A DNA stretch of 63,780 nucleotides, the filler included, from Ministeria vibrans ATCC 50519 (taxonomy: Eukaryota > Protista > Filasterea), in assembly GCA_943704425.1 (NCBI GenBank). It is 7 parts of 7 records of this genome, joined end to end, with 100 filler letters (N's around TTAATTAATTAA, not from the genome) between each part and the next. Parts side by side here need not be neighbours in the genome. Positions count along the whole stretch, not along the records: positions 28,986 to 36,521 come from CALSCP010000027.1; positions 36,622 to 50,632 come from CALSCP010000659.1; 5 more parts are not named here. The stretch is one strand, 5' to 3'. A model generated the notes under the pieces. The model made no database searches. It was not told the DNA's origin and saw only the letters and a program-made list of their open reading frames with translations. Shown piece by piece: positions 35,708-49,100 of this stretch (positions are counted from its first letter, which is position 1; each line of letters opens with the position of its first letter). The position numbers were made by a program, and so were the translations under genes.

Positions 35708-36355
35708 ATGGAAACCACTTGGGAAGTCGACTATGGCGATTTGAAGCTTGAAAAGGCTATTGGTCGTGGGAACTTTGGGATTGTTTGGAAAGGACTTTTC
35801 GAGGTACACACACACGCTTCTTTGCGCCACTTTGGCTGATGTGTCGTTGGGGGGTCGGCTTGGGTGGCTTGTCTTGGTCTCGTTTAGGGCAAAGTCGTGG
35901 CTGTGAAGGAAATCCTGCCGTCGAGCATTGAGAGTGCTGAGTTCGACATGGACGCCAAGGCGCAGGAGCGCGAGATCGAAATGCTCAGGTGCGAATCCGC
36001 CCCGCGTTGCTCCTCACCTGCTCGTTGCTGTGCCATTCTTTCTGCTCCTTGTGTCTGCCCTGCTCTTTTCATTTGCTCTTTTGTCTTTTTTTTTCTCCTT
36101 TTTTTTGTGTTTGTTTTTTGTCCTACTAATCAGCCGTCTGCTCTTTGCCTGCGCCCCGCGCCCTGCAGTCAAGTTGACCATCCCAACGTAATTGGATTCT
36201 ACGGCGCGGCGACCATCTTCGACAAGCTCTACCTTGTCTTTGAGTACATGAGTGGCGGCGATCTCAGTCTCATCACGCACGACCCCAAACTCCCATGGCC
36301 CTGTCGCTTCAGCATCGCACGCGACGCAGCTGCAGCCCTGGAACACTTGCATCAG
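35708..36355 (+). CDS. Tyrosine-kinase-like (TKL) protein kinase, N-terminal part, truncated at gap
   Basis: METTWEVDYGDLKLEKAIGRGNFGIVWKG|...VAVKEI...EREIEML|...HPNVIGFYG...LVFEYMSGGDL...LPWPCRFSIARDAAAALEHLH (subdomains I-VIa). Confidence 0.88.
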
Positions 36356-36693
36356 GTAGACTCTACTCTCCTTTCATTTCGTTCTCTCTCTTTCACTTTG
36401 TTCTCTTCGTTATTTACCTCTTTGTTACTGTCTTGCCTCTGTTTCACTTTGTTCACGTCATCGTTTACCTCTTTCACTTTGTTCTCTTCGTTATTTACCT
36501 CTTTGTTACTGTCTTGCCTCTNNNNNNNNNNNNNNNNNNNNNNNNNNNNNNNNNNNNNNNNNNNNTTAATTAATTAANNNNNNNNNNNNNNNNNNNNNNN
36601 NNNNNNNNNNNNNNNNNNNNNTTCAAGTAATTTTTGAATCGTTTGATAATGTAATTGAATTCGTCTTTTTGTTTTTGTTTTGTTTTTGTCAAG

Positions 36694-39450
36694 GTACTAC
36701 TTCCGCCCTTCTGTGACACGCGCCGAGGTTCCAGGCCACAACGATGTTGATGTGACTTTTGGCTGCGGGACAACCATTCACGAAGCGACCTGTAAGCGAG
36801 AGAGATGAGGGAGAAAAGGCAAAGTGAGAGGACAAAGAAACAAATTAGTCATAGAGAGGAGAAAGAACAAAGCAATAGAGAGAGAGAGGAGGGAGGGAGA
36901 AAGAAAACCTAGTGATAGAGAGAGACTAGGGAGAGGGGGAGGGAGGGAAAAAGAAACAAAGTGATAGAGAGAGAAACGAAGTGATAGGGAGAGAAACTAA
37001 GTGATAGAGAGTGATGAAGTGATTAGAAAAAACCCAGAGTGATAGAGAGAGTTATACGACTGACAAAAATGATTGATGCGAAACTTCTTGCTAAATTTAT
37101 CTGTATAGCGTTTCTGGAGCGCATTCCGCACACGGGCCCGATCATCATTGAGTCGCAACAACAGGCTCCTGTGCTCAGGCTCAAAGGTGCCATTTTCATG
37201 CGTGAGGCGCGGCGTGCCATCAAAGGTTTCTTCAAGATGATCTACATCACCTTCCTTGCGCCCGAGATTATGCCCGTCGATCCCGAAGACCAAGTTCCCG
37301 GTGCGCACTCATTGTTGAACTCAATCCTCCTTCAAACTTCAATTTTCTTACGTGTGCTTTGTCTGTTTTTTTTAGCAAGTGGCTATGCTTGGCAGTCCAT
37401 CACAGGCGTTGGCGATGTTTCCCTTGGCGGAGTGCTCTCCATTGGCGGTCACGGCACCTTTGTGCCTTACACCAATGCTCCCGACCCTCGTTACGCCGGA
37501 AGGTACATTGCCAACCACAAAGACACGCACACACACAAAAAGACCCTCGCACACCAACACAAAGAACACACCACCACAAGGAGACACACTCACTCACTCA
37601 CTCACTCACACATACACACACCTTATCTTCTGCTATCCATTCTACATTGTAGTCTCTCCAATCAGATTGTGGGCTTTACCGCTGTCGTCACGGATCCCAA
37701 CTCAGCTACACCCGACGACTACATTGTCAAGTACTTTCATCGCTCCGACCCCGACTCGGCCGCCTTCCTCGTTCATCTCGGCCGTGCCTTTATTCTCGAC
37801 GTCACCATGCGTTGCCGTCAGAACTACTACTTGCGCGAAAAGACCCACATTCAGCCCATTGGTTCTCTCATTGGTTCTGAGCGTCTTCGTGACGGCCAAG
37901 TACAATATCCCTTCTCCGTTTCTGACTCATCACACTCACACCCGCTTGCAAACATTTTTGTGCATTTTTACAGTCGTCACTGCAAACACTGGTGGAGAAC
38001 CACGGTCGTTTTGAGTTGCTCTGGTTCCCGTCCGAGGAAGAAGCGTGGATGAAGACGTGGGCTGAGGAGACGACAGTCATGAAGCCGGCTGTTATCGAGC
38101 CGTACACCCATGGTAACTTCTTCTTTTGGCTGCTCAACCGCATGAGCAACGCCCTCAATCGACTTGCTCGCAACTGGTTTGCCGAGCGCCCTTCCATTTC
38201 CTACTCTTTTGCCAGTGTTGCCATGGCTATGGCCCGTGGTATCAAGAACTCTGGCGAGACGTTTGGGTACGCAGAAGAATGATGAAACGACAACTACAAC
38301 CCACTTCCCCATAGTCTCTCACGTGACCAGCTTCTCTACGTGTCCCCTTTTACACTGCGTGTGAGCTGCATTGGCGGCGGTGTTCTTGCGCGTCGCAGTG
38401 AAATCCAGGACATTGTCCGTCGCTTTGTTGACATTGTTGACAAACACCGCAGAAAGGCTGAATTAGTAAGTTTTATATTTTATGTTATTTCTGCGCCAGG
38501 CTTCTTTCTTTTGGTCCTTTTGAGCTCACAATATTCACCGCTCTGGTTTAGGTCAACCGTTACCCTATTTTTGGTCCTGTGGAAGTGCGCGTTGTGGGTG
38601 TTGATGACGTATGAATAAGTCTGTCCATGCGTTGCCCTGTCCCTCCCCTGACTCTGTTTTGTTTCTCTATTCTTTGTTACTTTGTTTCTCTATCACTTTC
38701 TCTTTATTACTTTGTTTCTCTGTTTTTCTCTCTGCCTCTCTCTCTCTCTCTCTCTCTCTTTTACACACACGCACTCTCATATCTGTGTCTTTATTTTACT
38801 TGGTGCAGCCTAATGATCTTGGAATCCGCAATGCCACTCTGCCATACCTGTCTCCATCCGTGCCCATTGAAGGACGCGAAGAGTTTGACGTGATTGTCTA
38901 TGTTGATGCTCTTACCATTCCGTCGTGGACGGATGCCAAGACCGAGTCGCGCACGCCCGAGAGCCACGGGTAAACAACGGTAGGTACGTTCGACTCGACT
39001 AATTTCTTCTTGTAGCGTCTTGGCCGACATTGAACTGGATCTGATGCGCGAGTGGGGCGATCTTGCCGAGCTTCCAGAACACCGCAACCGACTTCGTCCC
39101 GAGTGGAGCAAAGGTACGACAGGCGTCTCGAGAATGCACCAGATTGACTTTTGAGCGCGACTCATTTTGATTCATCTGTCGTTGATTTTCTTTTTTGCTG
39201 CTAAGGTTGGGGTTACTCTAATGTGACTGGTGCGTGGCGTAACCGCCGCTACCTCGAGCGCCTTATCCCCAATGCCTTTCCTCATCTCGACGACGCACGC
39301 AACATCTTCGAGAAGTACGACAAGCATAATCTGTTTCGATCGGCCCTCTCCCACCGCATTTTTGGCCGTGGCAATGGCTATAAGATTGGCGGCAACGACG
39401 GCGTCGACTTTTACGGGCGCGAAGCTATCGACTACTCGGAAATGCGCTGA
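36694..39450 (+). CDS. Class II (VAO-family) cholesterol oxidase-like flavoprotein, multi-exon, 5'-truncated at gap
   Basis: GDVSLGGVLSIGGHGT, LSNQIVGFTAVV, FLVHLGRAFILDVTM, GRFELLWFP, YPIFGPVEVRVVGVDD, YLSPSVP and RPEWSK|GWGY occur in the order recalled for bacterial covalent-FAD cholesterol oxidases. Confidence 0.8.
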
Positions 39451-39557
39451 GGAGAGAGGACGATGGGATGTGCCAATGAATGATCAATCGCCAGATAATA
39501 ATAATAATAATAATAATAAATTTAATAATAATAGATATAGATTGGTATATTGAACAG

Positions 39558-41301
39558 TTAGGCTCGGTAGTTTCTCTCGTAACGCGAAGTGAGATCCCAA
39601 CTCCCTGTGGGAAAGAGCACAGTGCACTTGAGGGCCACGGTTGGAGAGTTCTCGCGAGTGGACGTGAACTAAAAGAGAGAGAGAGAGAGACCAAGAGGAG
39701 GGACAAAGAAACGGAGAACGAGATAAAATCATTGGTCGACATTTCGTTCGTGTGTGTCTCTCTCTCTGTTTACGTGATGGGTATTCCATGAGGGAAACAC
39801 GACAAGTTTGCCAGACTCGGCTGACTCGGACTGGCGGTAGATGAACGGAGGGACCGCTGACGAGACGAGAGAGAAAAACAAGGCAATATTAAAAACAGTA
39901 AGACGTTGTGTTGAGGTGTAACGGACGGGTATCGGAGCGGAAGAGAGAGATGGGAGAGAGACCCCGAGGGTCGCTCAAGAGAAGACTGGCAGCGCCACGC
40001 TCAGGCGCACTTACAAAGTACACAGCAGTGACCTACGCGACGGAATTTGAGACACCATACAACACCGTTTTCCATCACTTTGTTTTCTCTCCGTTTGTAC
40101 AGTGGAAAAGAGGTCGGGAAGTGGTTCCTGGGCAACGGTCCCTTGGCGCAGCACATGGACGTCGCAGGTGGTGCGGGCCCGGCCGAGTGTCTCGGTCGTC
40201 TGGTTGTACGACGCAAGTAGTTCTCTGTGCAAAACAAACATAGCTACAATTGAGTACCTCCACAAATGAATAACTTCGGGTACAGACGTACTGTGCGGCA
40301 AGGTCGGCGTAGTGGCGAACAGCCGTGTAGACAGGGGAGTTGAAAATAGAGGTCCAGGCAGTGCCATGGGCGCGCGACTGCTCGCACGAATCGCCCGCGG
40401 GCACAGCAGTCGACGCACACTGCGACGAGCGCAGTGTCCGCTGCCATTGCACAAAACGCTGGTAGATCTTGGTCGGCTCTTCTGTGTTGTACATCGCGGC
40501 AATTTCGTCGTATTTGGCAATGGCAATGGATGCAAATTCGGCGTGCTGACTGTTGTGGACAATGGAGGAGAGGCTGTTGACTTGGACGAGCGTGGAGTAG
40601 CGCAGGGCAAAGCGGCCTTCAGGAATGGCAGCCACAGGCGCACCCACACTCGCACAGACGCGTTCGCCTGCCTCGTTGACGGTCATGCTACCGCTGTCAC
40701 ACGAGGTTCTCTGCATGATGCCTTGGGGCGTTGAGTAATAGGGTTTGCGATCGCCCGACGGACACAGCGTCATGTGCTGCGCCGGCAGTTGGCTCGGATC
40801 TTTGCACACCTTGGCGGCAAGAAGAGTGCGCTCACGATCCACTCCTTTCCATTCCACCAGGGCCGGGGCCATGAGAAGCTCGAGCCAGTCAAGGTCGTCG
40901 AGTTGAGCCTTCACTTTGAACAGTCGTTTCCAAATTCTGTCAACCAGTTTGGCATCGGAAGCACCCGATGCAGTTGCGAGCTCGAGGGCCCGTCGAAGGT
41001 ACGCCAGTGCAGGACGGTACTGCGTCGATTCGAACTCTCCGGCGCCCGCCAAGTAGTGCAGGGTCGCATTGGTGGGATCAAGCTCGGCGGCCGATTTGAA
41101 GTAGCGCACTGCAAACCACAGGATGGCAATGGCGTCGCCTTCGTACTCGGGATCGACGCGTGAGCGCTTCTCGTCACGATTGCGCACGGTGAAATAGGCG
41201 CGCGTCAAGGCATTCCCCTGAAAGAGGCACCAGAGTTAGGGTTAGGGTTAGGGTTAGGGATCGCTCTCTGACGGCTCATTGCTGACCTTTTCCGTGAGCA
41301 T
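39558..41301 (-). CDS. TPR protein fused to a degenerate 2OG-Fe(II) oxygenase-like domain (TIGR02466-like), ~6 exons
   Basis: TPR-like YFKSAAELDPTNATLHYLAG...ALAYLRRALEL. Spliced C-terminus ...CDVHVLRQGTVAQEPLPDLFST|VTAVYFVSAPERGAASLLLSDPR|AVPPF...GKLVVFPSWNTHH|FTSTRENSPTVALKCTV...RA*. Confidence 0.7.
41236..41259 (+). repeat. Interstitial telomere-like repeat (TTAGGG)4
   Basis: Four perfect TTAGGG units inside the first intron of the TPR-oxygenase gene. Confidence 0.9.
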
Positions 41302-41598
41302 TTCTGCTCTCTCCCTATCCGTGTGTGCTATCTGGGCATGTGGATCCTACTTGCACAGGCCAACAGCCAAAGCGTGAGTGCGATTTTTTTCTTTTTTTTC
41401 TTTTTCTTGTTTGTTGTTTTTAAATTCCGTACTCCTGCTGTAAAATGCACGCTCGCCAACAAGCACGCAGTCACAATCAGAAGCCTAAACACCATGACGG
41501 CGCAGATGACGATACCAGAGTAACGACTAAAAATAAATTAACAAATTAACAAAATAATTAATCAGTTTTAATCAGTTTCTCTCTCCTTTTCCTTCTCA

Positions 41599-43118
41599 AT
41601 GGTTGAACTGACCAAATCGCCCGAGGATCGTCGCGAATACCGCTTCATTGAGCTTGAGAATGGCCTGAAAGCAGTGCTCGTGCACGACGGCGAAGCGGAC
41701 GAGTCAGCGGCGGCCGTTGACGTGGGAGTCGGCTCGATGGCGGTAAACAAACGCGACGGGTTTTGTGCGTCTCTCAACGGTAACACTATTGTGCTGCAAA
41801 ACGCGTAGGATCCAGACGAGTCGCTCGGCCTGGCGCACCTGTGCGAGCATTTGTCGTTTCTGGGCACGCAGAAGTACCCTGACGAGGCCTCCTACTCGCA
41901 GTTTCTCCATGCGCATGGGGGTCGTTCGAATGCTTACACGTCCAAGGTAGACGAGTTCGTCTGAGGGACTTCTGGCCTCGGTTCAACCTTCTAAAACATT
42001 CTCTTTCCTTCTCAATACCGGTAGACAGACACTGTGTACTACTTCACGGTGCGACAGGAGCACCTGGAGAATGCCCTCGACCGGTTTGCGCAGTTCTTTA
42101 TTGCCCCGCTCTTCCTGGAGGACTGTTACGAGCGCGAGCTGAACGCCGTCCATCATGAGCATGAGAAGAATCGCGAGAGCGACGCCTGGCGCGTTCACGA
42201 AGTCTTTCTGCGCATTGCTGAGTCTACACAGCATCCGTTTTGTCGTTTCTCGACGGGCCACAAGGGCACGCTTGGCGGCGACATGGCAACAGTGCGCTCC
42301 AAGCTTCTCGACTGGCACGCGCGGCACTACTCTGCGAATATCATGACGCTGGCGGTGGCAGGACGCGAGTCGCTCGATCAACTCGAGCAAATGGTGCGCG
42401 ACAAGTTCTCGGCAGTACGCAACCACGCCATTAAGCGACCCGTCTTCCCCGGCGCCCCTTACACAACGATTGCACCTCACCTTGTGCGTGTCGTGCCCGT
42501 CAAGGACCTCCGGCAAGTGCATCTCATGTTCCCCACGCCCGATCAGACCACTGAGGCCATGCTTGAGGTGTGTCCCTGGGACTACCTCTCGCATCTCTTT
42601 GGTCACGAGGCCCAAGGAAGTATTCTCAGTGCCCTCAAAGCACACGGTTGGGCCAATGGTATTCCAATTGCAGCCCATTCATCATTTCCTCCCATTCAAT
42701 GGTGTTTTATTTTGTGTCTCTTTCCAGAACTCTCTTCCGGTACGACGATTGAGCTGCCCGACTCCTTTGGCATGTTCAGCATCACCCTGTCGCTTACCGA
42801 AGAGGGCCTGGCGCGTGTCGATGATGTTGTCGCGACCGTCTTTGCCTACGCCCGCCTCATTGAAGTAAACGCCTTACCACACGCACACACCAAGCACTAG
42901 GCACAACAATCACACAAACTATTGACTCTCTTTTCGTTTCTCTTTTATCTTTTTGGTCTTCTCTTTGTGTCTCAGAGCGAAGGCATAGCCGAGTGGATCT
43001 TCAACGAGGCGCGCGACCTTGCCGAGCTTGGGTTTCGCTTTCGTGAGAAGGAGAAGCCCGAGAGTCTTGTTCTTTCTCTTGCTAATCGCGCACAGGACAA
43101 TTACGCTCCCGAAGAGTC
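41599..43118 (+). CDS. IDE: Insulin-degrading enzyme / insulinase (M16A), N-terminal part only
   Basis: [18 protein letters not shown], inverted zinc motif [53 protein letters not shown]. Homology stops at NYAPEE. Confidence 0.85.
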
Positions 43119-43149
43119 AGTCTCTTTTATTATTGTGTCTGATATTTAA

Positions 43150-43463
<314 letters not shown>

Positions 43464-43483
43464 CTGTCTGTCTAACTGTGTAG

Positions 43484-43857
43484 AGCCCATACTACTCGAC
43501 TATTGAGGACATTTCCAATGCCAATCGTGGTGAAATGCGCTTTGCCATTGTGACCGACTCGGCACTCACTCTTTCTCTTAAAATGGCCTCAAACTCAATT
43601 GTTCTCAAGCATCCCGTAAGATCTATATGGAGACCCTTTTGCTGACTCTATTCACCCACAATGCATTGTCTTCTCTCGGGTGTAGAAGCGCTTTCGGTCA
43701 TCTGCTGAACCAGAGCAGTTCCGTCTGGACCTGACAGAAGACACTACCCGCGACGACATCTTCCGCTTCCTCGCTCAGCATAGATTCCCTCTCCTCCCCG
43801 TCTTTACACAGGTCTCTTCCACTTTCTCTCGCTCTGTGTTTTTATTACTATCGCCTT

Positions 43858-43946
<89 letters not shown>

Positions 43947-45187
43947 CTTTACCCTCTCTCTCACTCTCACTCTCTCTTTGTTTCTTTCTTTCTCCCTTTC
44001 TTTTTATTTTCTCTCTTTCTTTCTCTCGTTTGTTCTTTCTCTGTATTCTAATCTTTTTTTTTGTTAGGGTGCAAAGGAGTTCACTAATCGGGTTCCGCTG
44101 CTGGTCATTGTCATTCAGGATCTGGATATGGACTCATCAGGTAAAGCAAGAGACCCAATGCACTCCGCAGACTCTCACGAGTATGTGCATTACTCTCAGA
44201 CACACAGCATTATCTGCACAAGTATGCTCCATTGGCTGCGCAGTTTAGAGACACACTGCCCTTTGCATTGGCTGACGAGCAGACCAATGACAAGCTAGTA
44301 GAGCAGTTTGGGTGGAAGGACGACTCGGAAGACGTACGAGAACACACTCACATCGCCTTTCATTCATTCGCGTGTTGAATAATTATTGTAGGTCCACATT
44401 GGAATTATCACCAAGGACAGCACACGACGGTTCCGGATGACACTGCCGAGTGATGAGCTGTCGGTGGATGCAGTGCGTGCGTTCATTGAGGAGTACCAGA
44501 GCGGAAGCACCGCCGCCCTCTACATGCGCAGTCAAAAGAAGCCCAAGAAGACAAAGGCTCTCGTCAAGGTATCACCCCTGGTTGAACCTTCCTCTCTTTA
44601 TCTCGATCTCTTGATCTGGCTCCTCACTCATTTTACTCTCTATCTCGTATTGCACCTCAAGACTGTGGTTGGGTCGACCTTTGAGGAGATTGTACACGAC
44701 CCCACTGCCGATGTGCTCATTGAGTTCTATGCGCCATGGTGCGGCCACTGCAAGGTACAGACAAGCGACACGCTGACTCTGGCTCACGCACACACACACA
44801 CTGACACTCTCTTTTTCCGCGCTCGTTGTTAGAACATTGAGGGCGACTACAAAAAGCTCGCCAAGAAATACAAAAAGGACCGTGCCATTGTCATTGCCAA
44901 GATCGACGGCACTGCCAACGACTATCCGCCCCAGTACAAGGTCAAGTACGTCACAGTGTGCCCTTATATTGCGCTCCCTTTCCTCCCTCATACTCCTCCC
45001 TCTCATTAGGGGATTCCCGACCATCTACTTTGCGCGCGCCGGTGGAAAGTCAACACCGGTGCTTTATGATGAAGATGACCGCACCGTCGACTACTTTGTC
45101 AAGTTTATCGAGCGCGAGCGCACCAAAGCCGCGACAGAGTCGTCCGACGAGGGTGAGTCTTCTGCGTCTGCGAAGAGCGACCTGTGA
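43484..45187 (+). CDS. Protein disulfide isomerase (PDIA3/PDIA4-like), C-terminal b-b'-a' part only
   Basis: YMRSQKKPK...VK|[11 protein letters not shown]...[15 protein letters not shown]|...[12 protein letters not shown]...GFPTIYF, ending in KDEL-like KSDL*. No signal peptide or first catalytic domain is visible. Confidence 0.85.
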
Positions 45188-46148
45188 GTGTGAATAAAGG
45201 AACGTATTTTTGGTCAAAATGCGCGTGTCTACCATATTACAATCATATGCATAGATAGAGACTGGAGATAGAAGACACAACTGACGAAATAACAAACAAA
45301 ATCTGTGTGAATCTGAATCACAAAATTATGCCTCAAATTTCTCATTCGATTGACAATTTTCAAACTTCAAATAATAGTAAATTCTAAATTCTAATAGCTA
45401 CTATTAGTTTAGTTCACTCCCTGTCTGTCTCGCCCCCTTCGGTGCTCTCCACTTCCCCCCGTGTGCTTGTACTGACTCAGCGAAAGTGAAACTGGTAATT
45501 TCCTTTTATCCCTCAAAATGCGTCTGCTCTCTCCTCACCAGGCCCCTCGGACCACCCATCGTGTGCCGAGCAGCGCCTTCCCGGCCCTGCTCCCCTCCCC
45601 CGTGCTGTCCAGGGGCTCTCCGCGAACTCAATCCTTCCCTCTCCCCATCCGCTGCTCCTGCGCTCTCGTCCGATCCCTACTCCCCTCACACCCCCTTCCT
45701 TGCTCCCTCTCGACCCCCTCCCACCTTCCCTTCCCTTCCTCTTGTCTACACTCGCTCTTTTTTTCGAGAAACTCGAAACTCAAACTTTCAGTTTATAAAA
45801 AAAAATCCACTGCCACCCAATCTTGGTATTGTCCCCTCCAGCCGTTGAACACGACCCCCTCCATGCCGATTGTTGCTCTGCAATAACAAATGTCCCTCTC
45901 TGATGTATTTTCTGCGGTGTGTTACGTTTTTTTTTTTCTCTCTCTCTCTTTTTTTTTCTCGTTTCCATCATCGCGCTCCTACGGGCGCCACTCGCATCGC
46001 ATCGGCCCCGCATCGGCCCCCTGCGCTGCATCAAGTGCAGCTCTTTCACTCTGCGTCTGCCTCCAGCGACACGCATTGCTCCAGCGCCCGTCATTGCCCC
46101 ACTTCTGACACGACTCTTCCCCCTCCGCACTCCTCCGTCGCACAGAAA

Positions 46149-49100
46149 ATGGTCCACGCAACGAAACTGCGCGAACTGATCCGCCAGATTCGCGCGACAA
46201 AGACCGCCTCTGACGAACGTGCTGTGGTGAGCAAGGAGTGCGCTCAGGTGCGTACGTCGATTCGCGACGAGGACACGGACAACCGCTGTCGCAACGTCGC
46301 CAAGCTGCTGTACATTCACATGCTTGGCTACCCCGCTCACTTTGGCCAGCTCGAGTGCCTGAAGCTGTGCTCGTCGAGCCGCTTCATTGACAAGCGCATC
46401 GGCTACCTGGGTGTCTCCGTGCTGCTCGACGAGCGCGCCGAGGTCGCTTTGCTCGTCACCAACTGCCTCAAGAACGACATGGGCAACTCCAACCAGTACG
46501 TCGTGGGCCTGGCTCTGTCGACGCTCGGCGCCATTGCGTCCGCTGAAATGGCCCGTGATCTTTCTGCCGAGGTCGAGCAGCTTCTCAAGAGCTCCAATGC
46601 CTACATTCGCAAGAAGGTACCACGCTTGTGCGAGGGAAACGAGTTGGATTTGTTGGATTTGTTGACACGTCGTTGTGTATTGTGCTTCAGGCTGCGCTGT
46701 GTGCCGTTCGAATCGTACGCAAGGAACCAGAGTTGCTGGAGAACTTTGTGTCGAGCACCAAGTCGCTGCTGTCGGAGCGCAACCACGCAGTGCTGCTCAC
46801 AGGCGTGACACTCATCATTGAGATGTGCGCACACTCGGAAGACACCATATACTACTTCCGACGGTACCGCACACTAACAACCTCCCTAATCTCTCCTTCT
46901 CCCTCTCATCCTTTTTTTTTTTTTTTTCTGCTTTTCTCCGTCTGCAGCATGGTCCCGCAGCTGGTGCGTCTCCTCAAGAACCTCGTCATGAGCGGCTTCT
47001 CGCCCGACCATGATGTTTCGGGCGTCACCGATCCGTTTCTTCAGGTCAAGCTGCTCCGTCTCCTTCGCATTCTCGGCCACCACGATGGCACTGCTAGCGA
47101 TGCCATGAACGACATTCTTGCTCAGGTACACTGACTTTCTCCCACTTCACAGTCATACGTACGTAATTTTCCTGTATCTTTTTGTTTCAGGTTGCGACAA
47201 ACACGGAGACGCAAAAGAACGTTGGCAATGCCATCTTGTACGAGACAGTGATGGCGATCATGGACATTGAAAGCGAGAAGGACCTTCGTGTGCTGGCCAT
47301 CAACATCCTCGGACGCTTCCTTGCCAGCAACGACAAGAACATCCGCTACGTCGCACTCAACACTCTCCTCAAAACGGTACTCGATAGGGCAATGTAGAAA
47401 ACAATTAGTCACTTAACAGGTATGTTTCAGGTGAAATTTGACAACCAGGCAGTGCAGCGCCACCGCAACACAGTCGTTGACTGTCTCTCAGATTCGGACA
47501 TCTCCATCCGCCGTCGCGCCCTTGAGCTCACCTTTGCCCTTGTAAACGAGACAAACGTCCGTGGACTTGTTCGAGAGGTACACGCGCAAACAGCTCGCAC
47601 ACACACAGAATAAACAATGCCCATCGTGACCCGAGTTTCTTCCCGCTGTAGCTTCTGACGTTCCTGCACACGGGCGATCCCGAGTTTAAGCCGTACATGA
47701 CCTCGGAACTGCTCAAGGTCGCACAGAAGTTTGCGCCTAACCGTCGTTGGCACACCGACACGGTGCTCAAGGTGCTGACTGCAGGCGGCAACTACGTCAA
47801 AGAGGACACCATTCCTATGGTCATCCACATCTTTGCTAGCCAGGAACCTCAATTGCAGGCATACGCCACCCAAAAGGTAGACAGACGGACATGAGGAGCG
47901 CATCTCAGTTCACCTCTCAAATCTTCTTCTTCTCGACGATTTCACTCAATAGTTGTTTTTGGCGCTGCAAGAGAACATTTCGCAGCAGGCACTTGTGCAA
48001 GTGGGTGCGTGGTGTGTCGGCGAGTTTGGTGATTTACTCGTGGCCGGTCTCACAGCCGACGACGTTCCCATCGAGGTAACATCGTCCCCATCACCAGAAA
48101 AACAAAAAACAAAAGGGGATTCTCACATTCTTCTCTTTATCACTTTGTTTCTTTCTCTTTTTATTATTCCTCCCTCTCTTTCTTTGTTTCTCCCTCCTCT
48201 CTCTCTCTATCACTTCGTTTCTTTCTCTTTATTACTCCTCTCTCTCTCTTTGTTTCTCCCTTCTCTCTCACTATCACTTTGTTTCTTTCTCACTCCTCTC
48301 TCTCTCGGCTGTGTTTTGTTTAGGTGAACGAGGGGGATGTTGTGGGTGTGCTTCATTCGATCATGCAGAGTCCCCTGACCAATGCCATGTCTCGCGCAAT
48401 TACACTCAATGCCGTCATGAAGCTCAGTACCCGCTTCCAGAACACCCTTAGCGACATCAAAGACATTGGTGAGCCTTTTTCCCTTCACACGTTTTCTCTT
48501 GTGACTCACGCCACGTAATTCTCTCTGTAGTGAATGGTTACACAAAGAGCATTGACAGTGAGCTGCAGCAGCGTAGTGTGGAGTACAGCTCGCTGTTTTC
48601 GATGAGCGCCATCCGCTCGCAGGTACTCGAGCGCATGCCTATTGCTGACAGCAAGGCCCAGAACGTCAATGAGACTTACGAGGCGGCGGACGAGCGCACT
48701 GCCGCTGCTGCCTCAGCGAACGCCCCCGTCGCCGCCGTCTCTGTTGCCCCGGTGGCGACCACTGCCGCCCCGGCTGCTGCCGAGCCTTCACTTCTGGACC
48801 TTATGGACATTGAGCCATCGCCAGTCATGTCTGCTCCAGCCAGCAGTGGTGCCGCTCCAGCTGCTGCCCTCCTCGATATTTTCGGCGAGTCTCTCTCGAG
48901 CGGTGCTCCCGCTCCCGCTGCTGCTCCGGCCGCGTCCAGTGCGCTCCTGGACCTCATGGGCGACCTGCCCACGTCTACAATGGCACCGCCGGCCGCCGTG
49001 GCCGCATCTCCCTCGCTCGTCCCAGCTGCGTCTGCGCCTGCGCCCACGTCCGCCATCCCATCTATTGTTGCCTTCCAGAAGGCGGGCCTTCGCGTCGACT

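Noticed and set aside
35708-39450. Kinase-cholesterol oxidase fusion
   Set aside because: The two fragments are separated by an artificial spacer and both are truncated; there is no evidence they are one gene.
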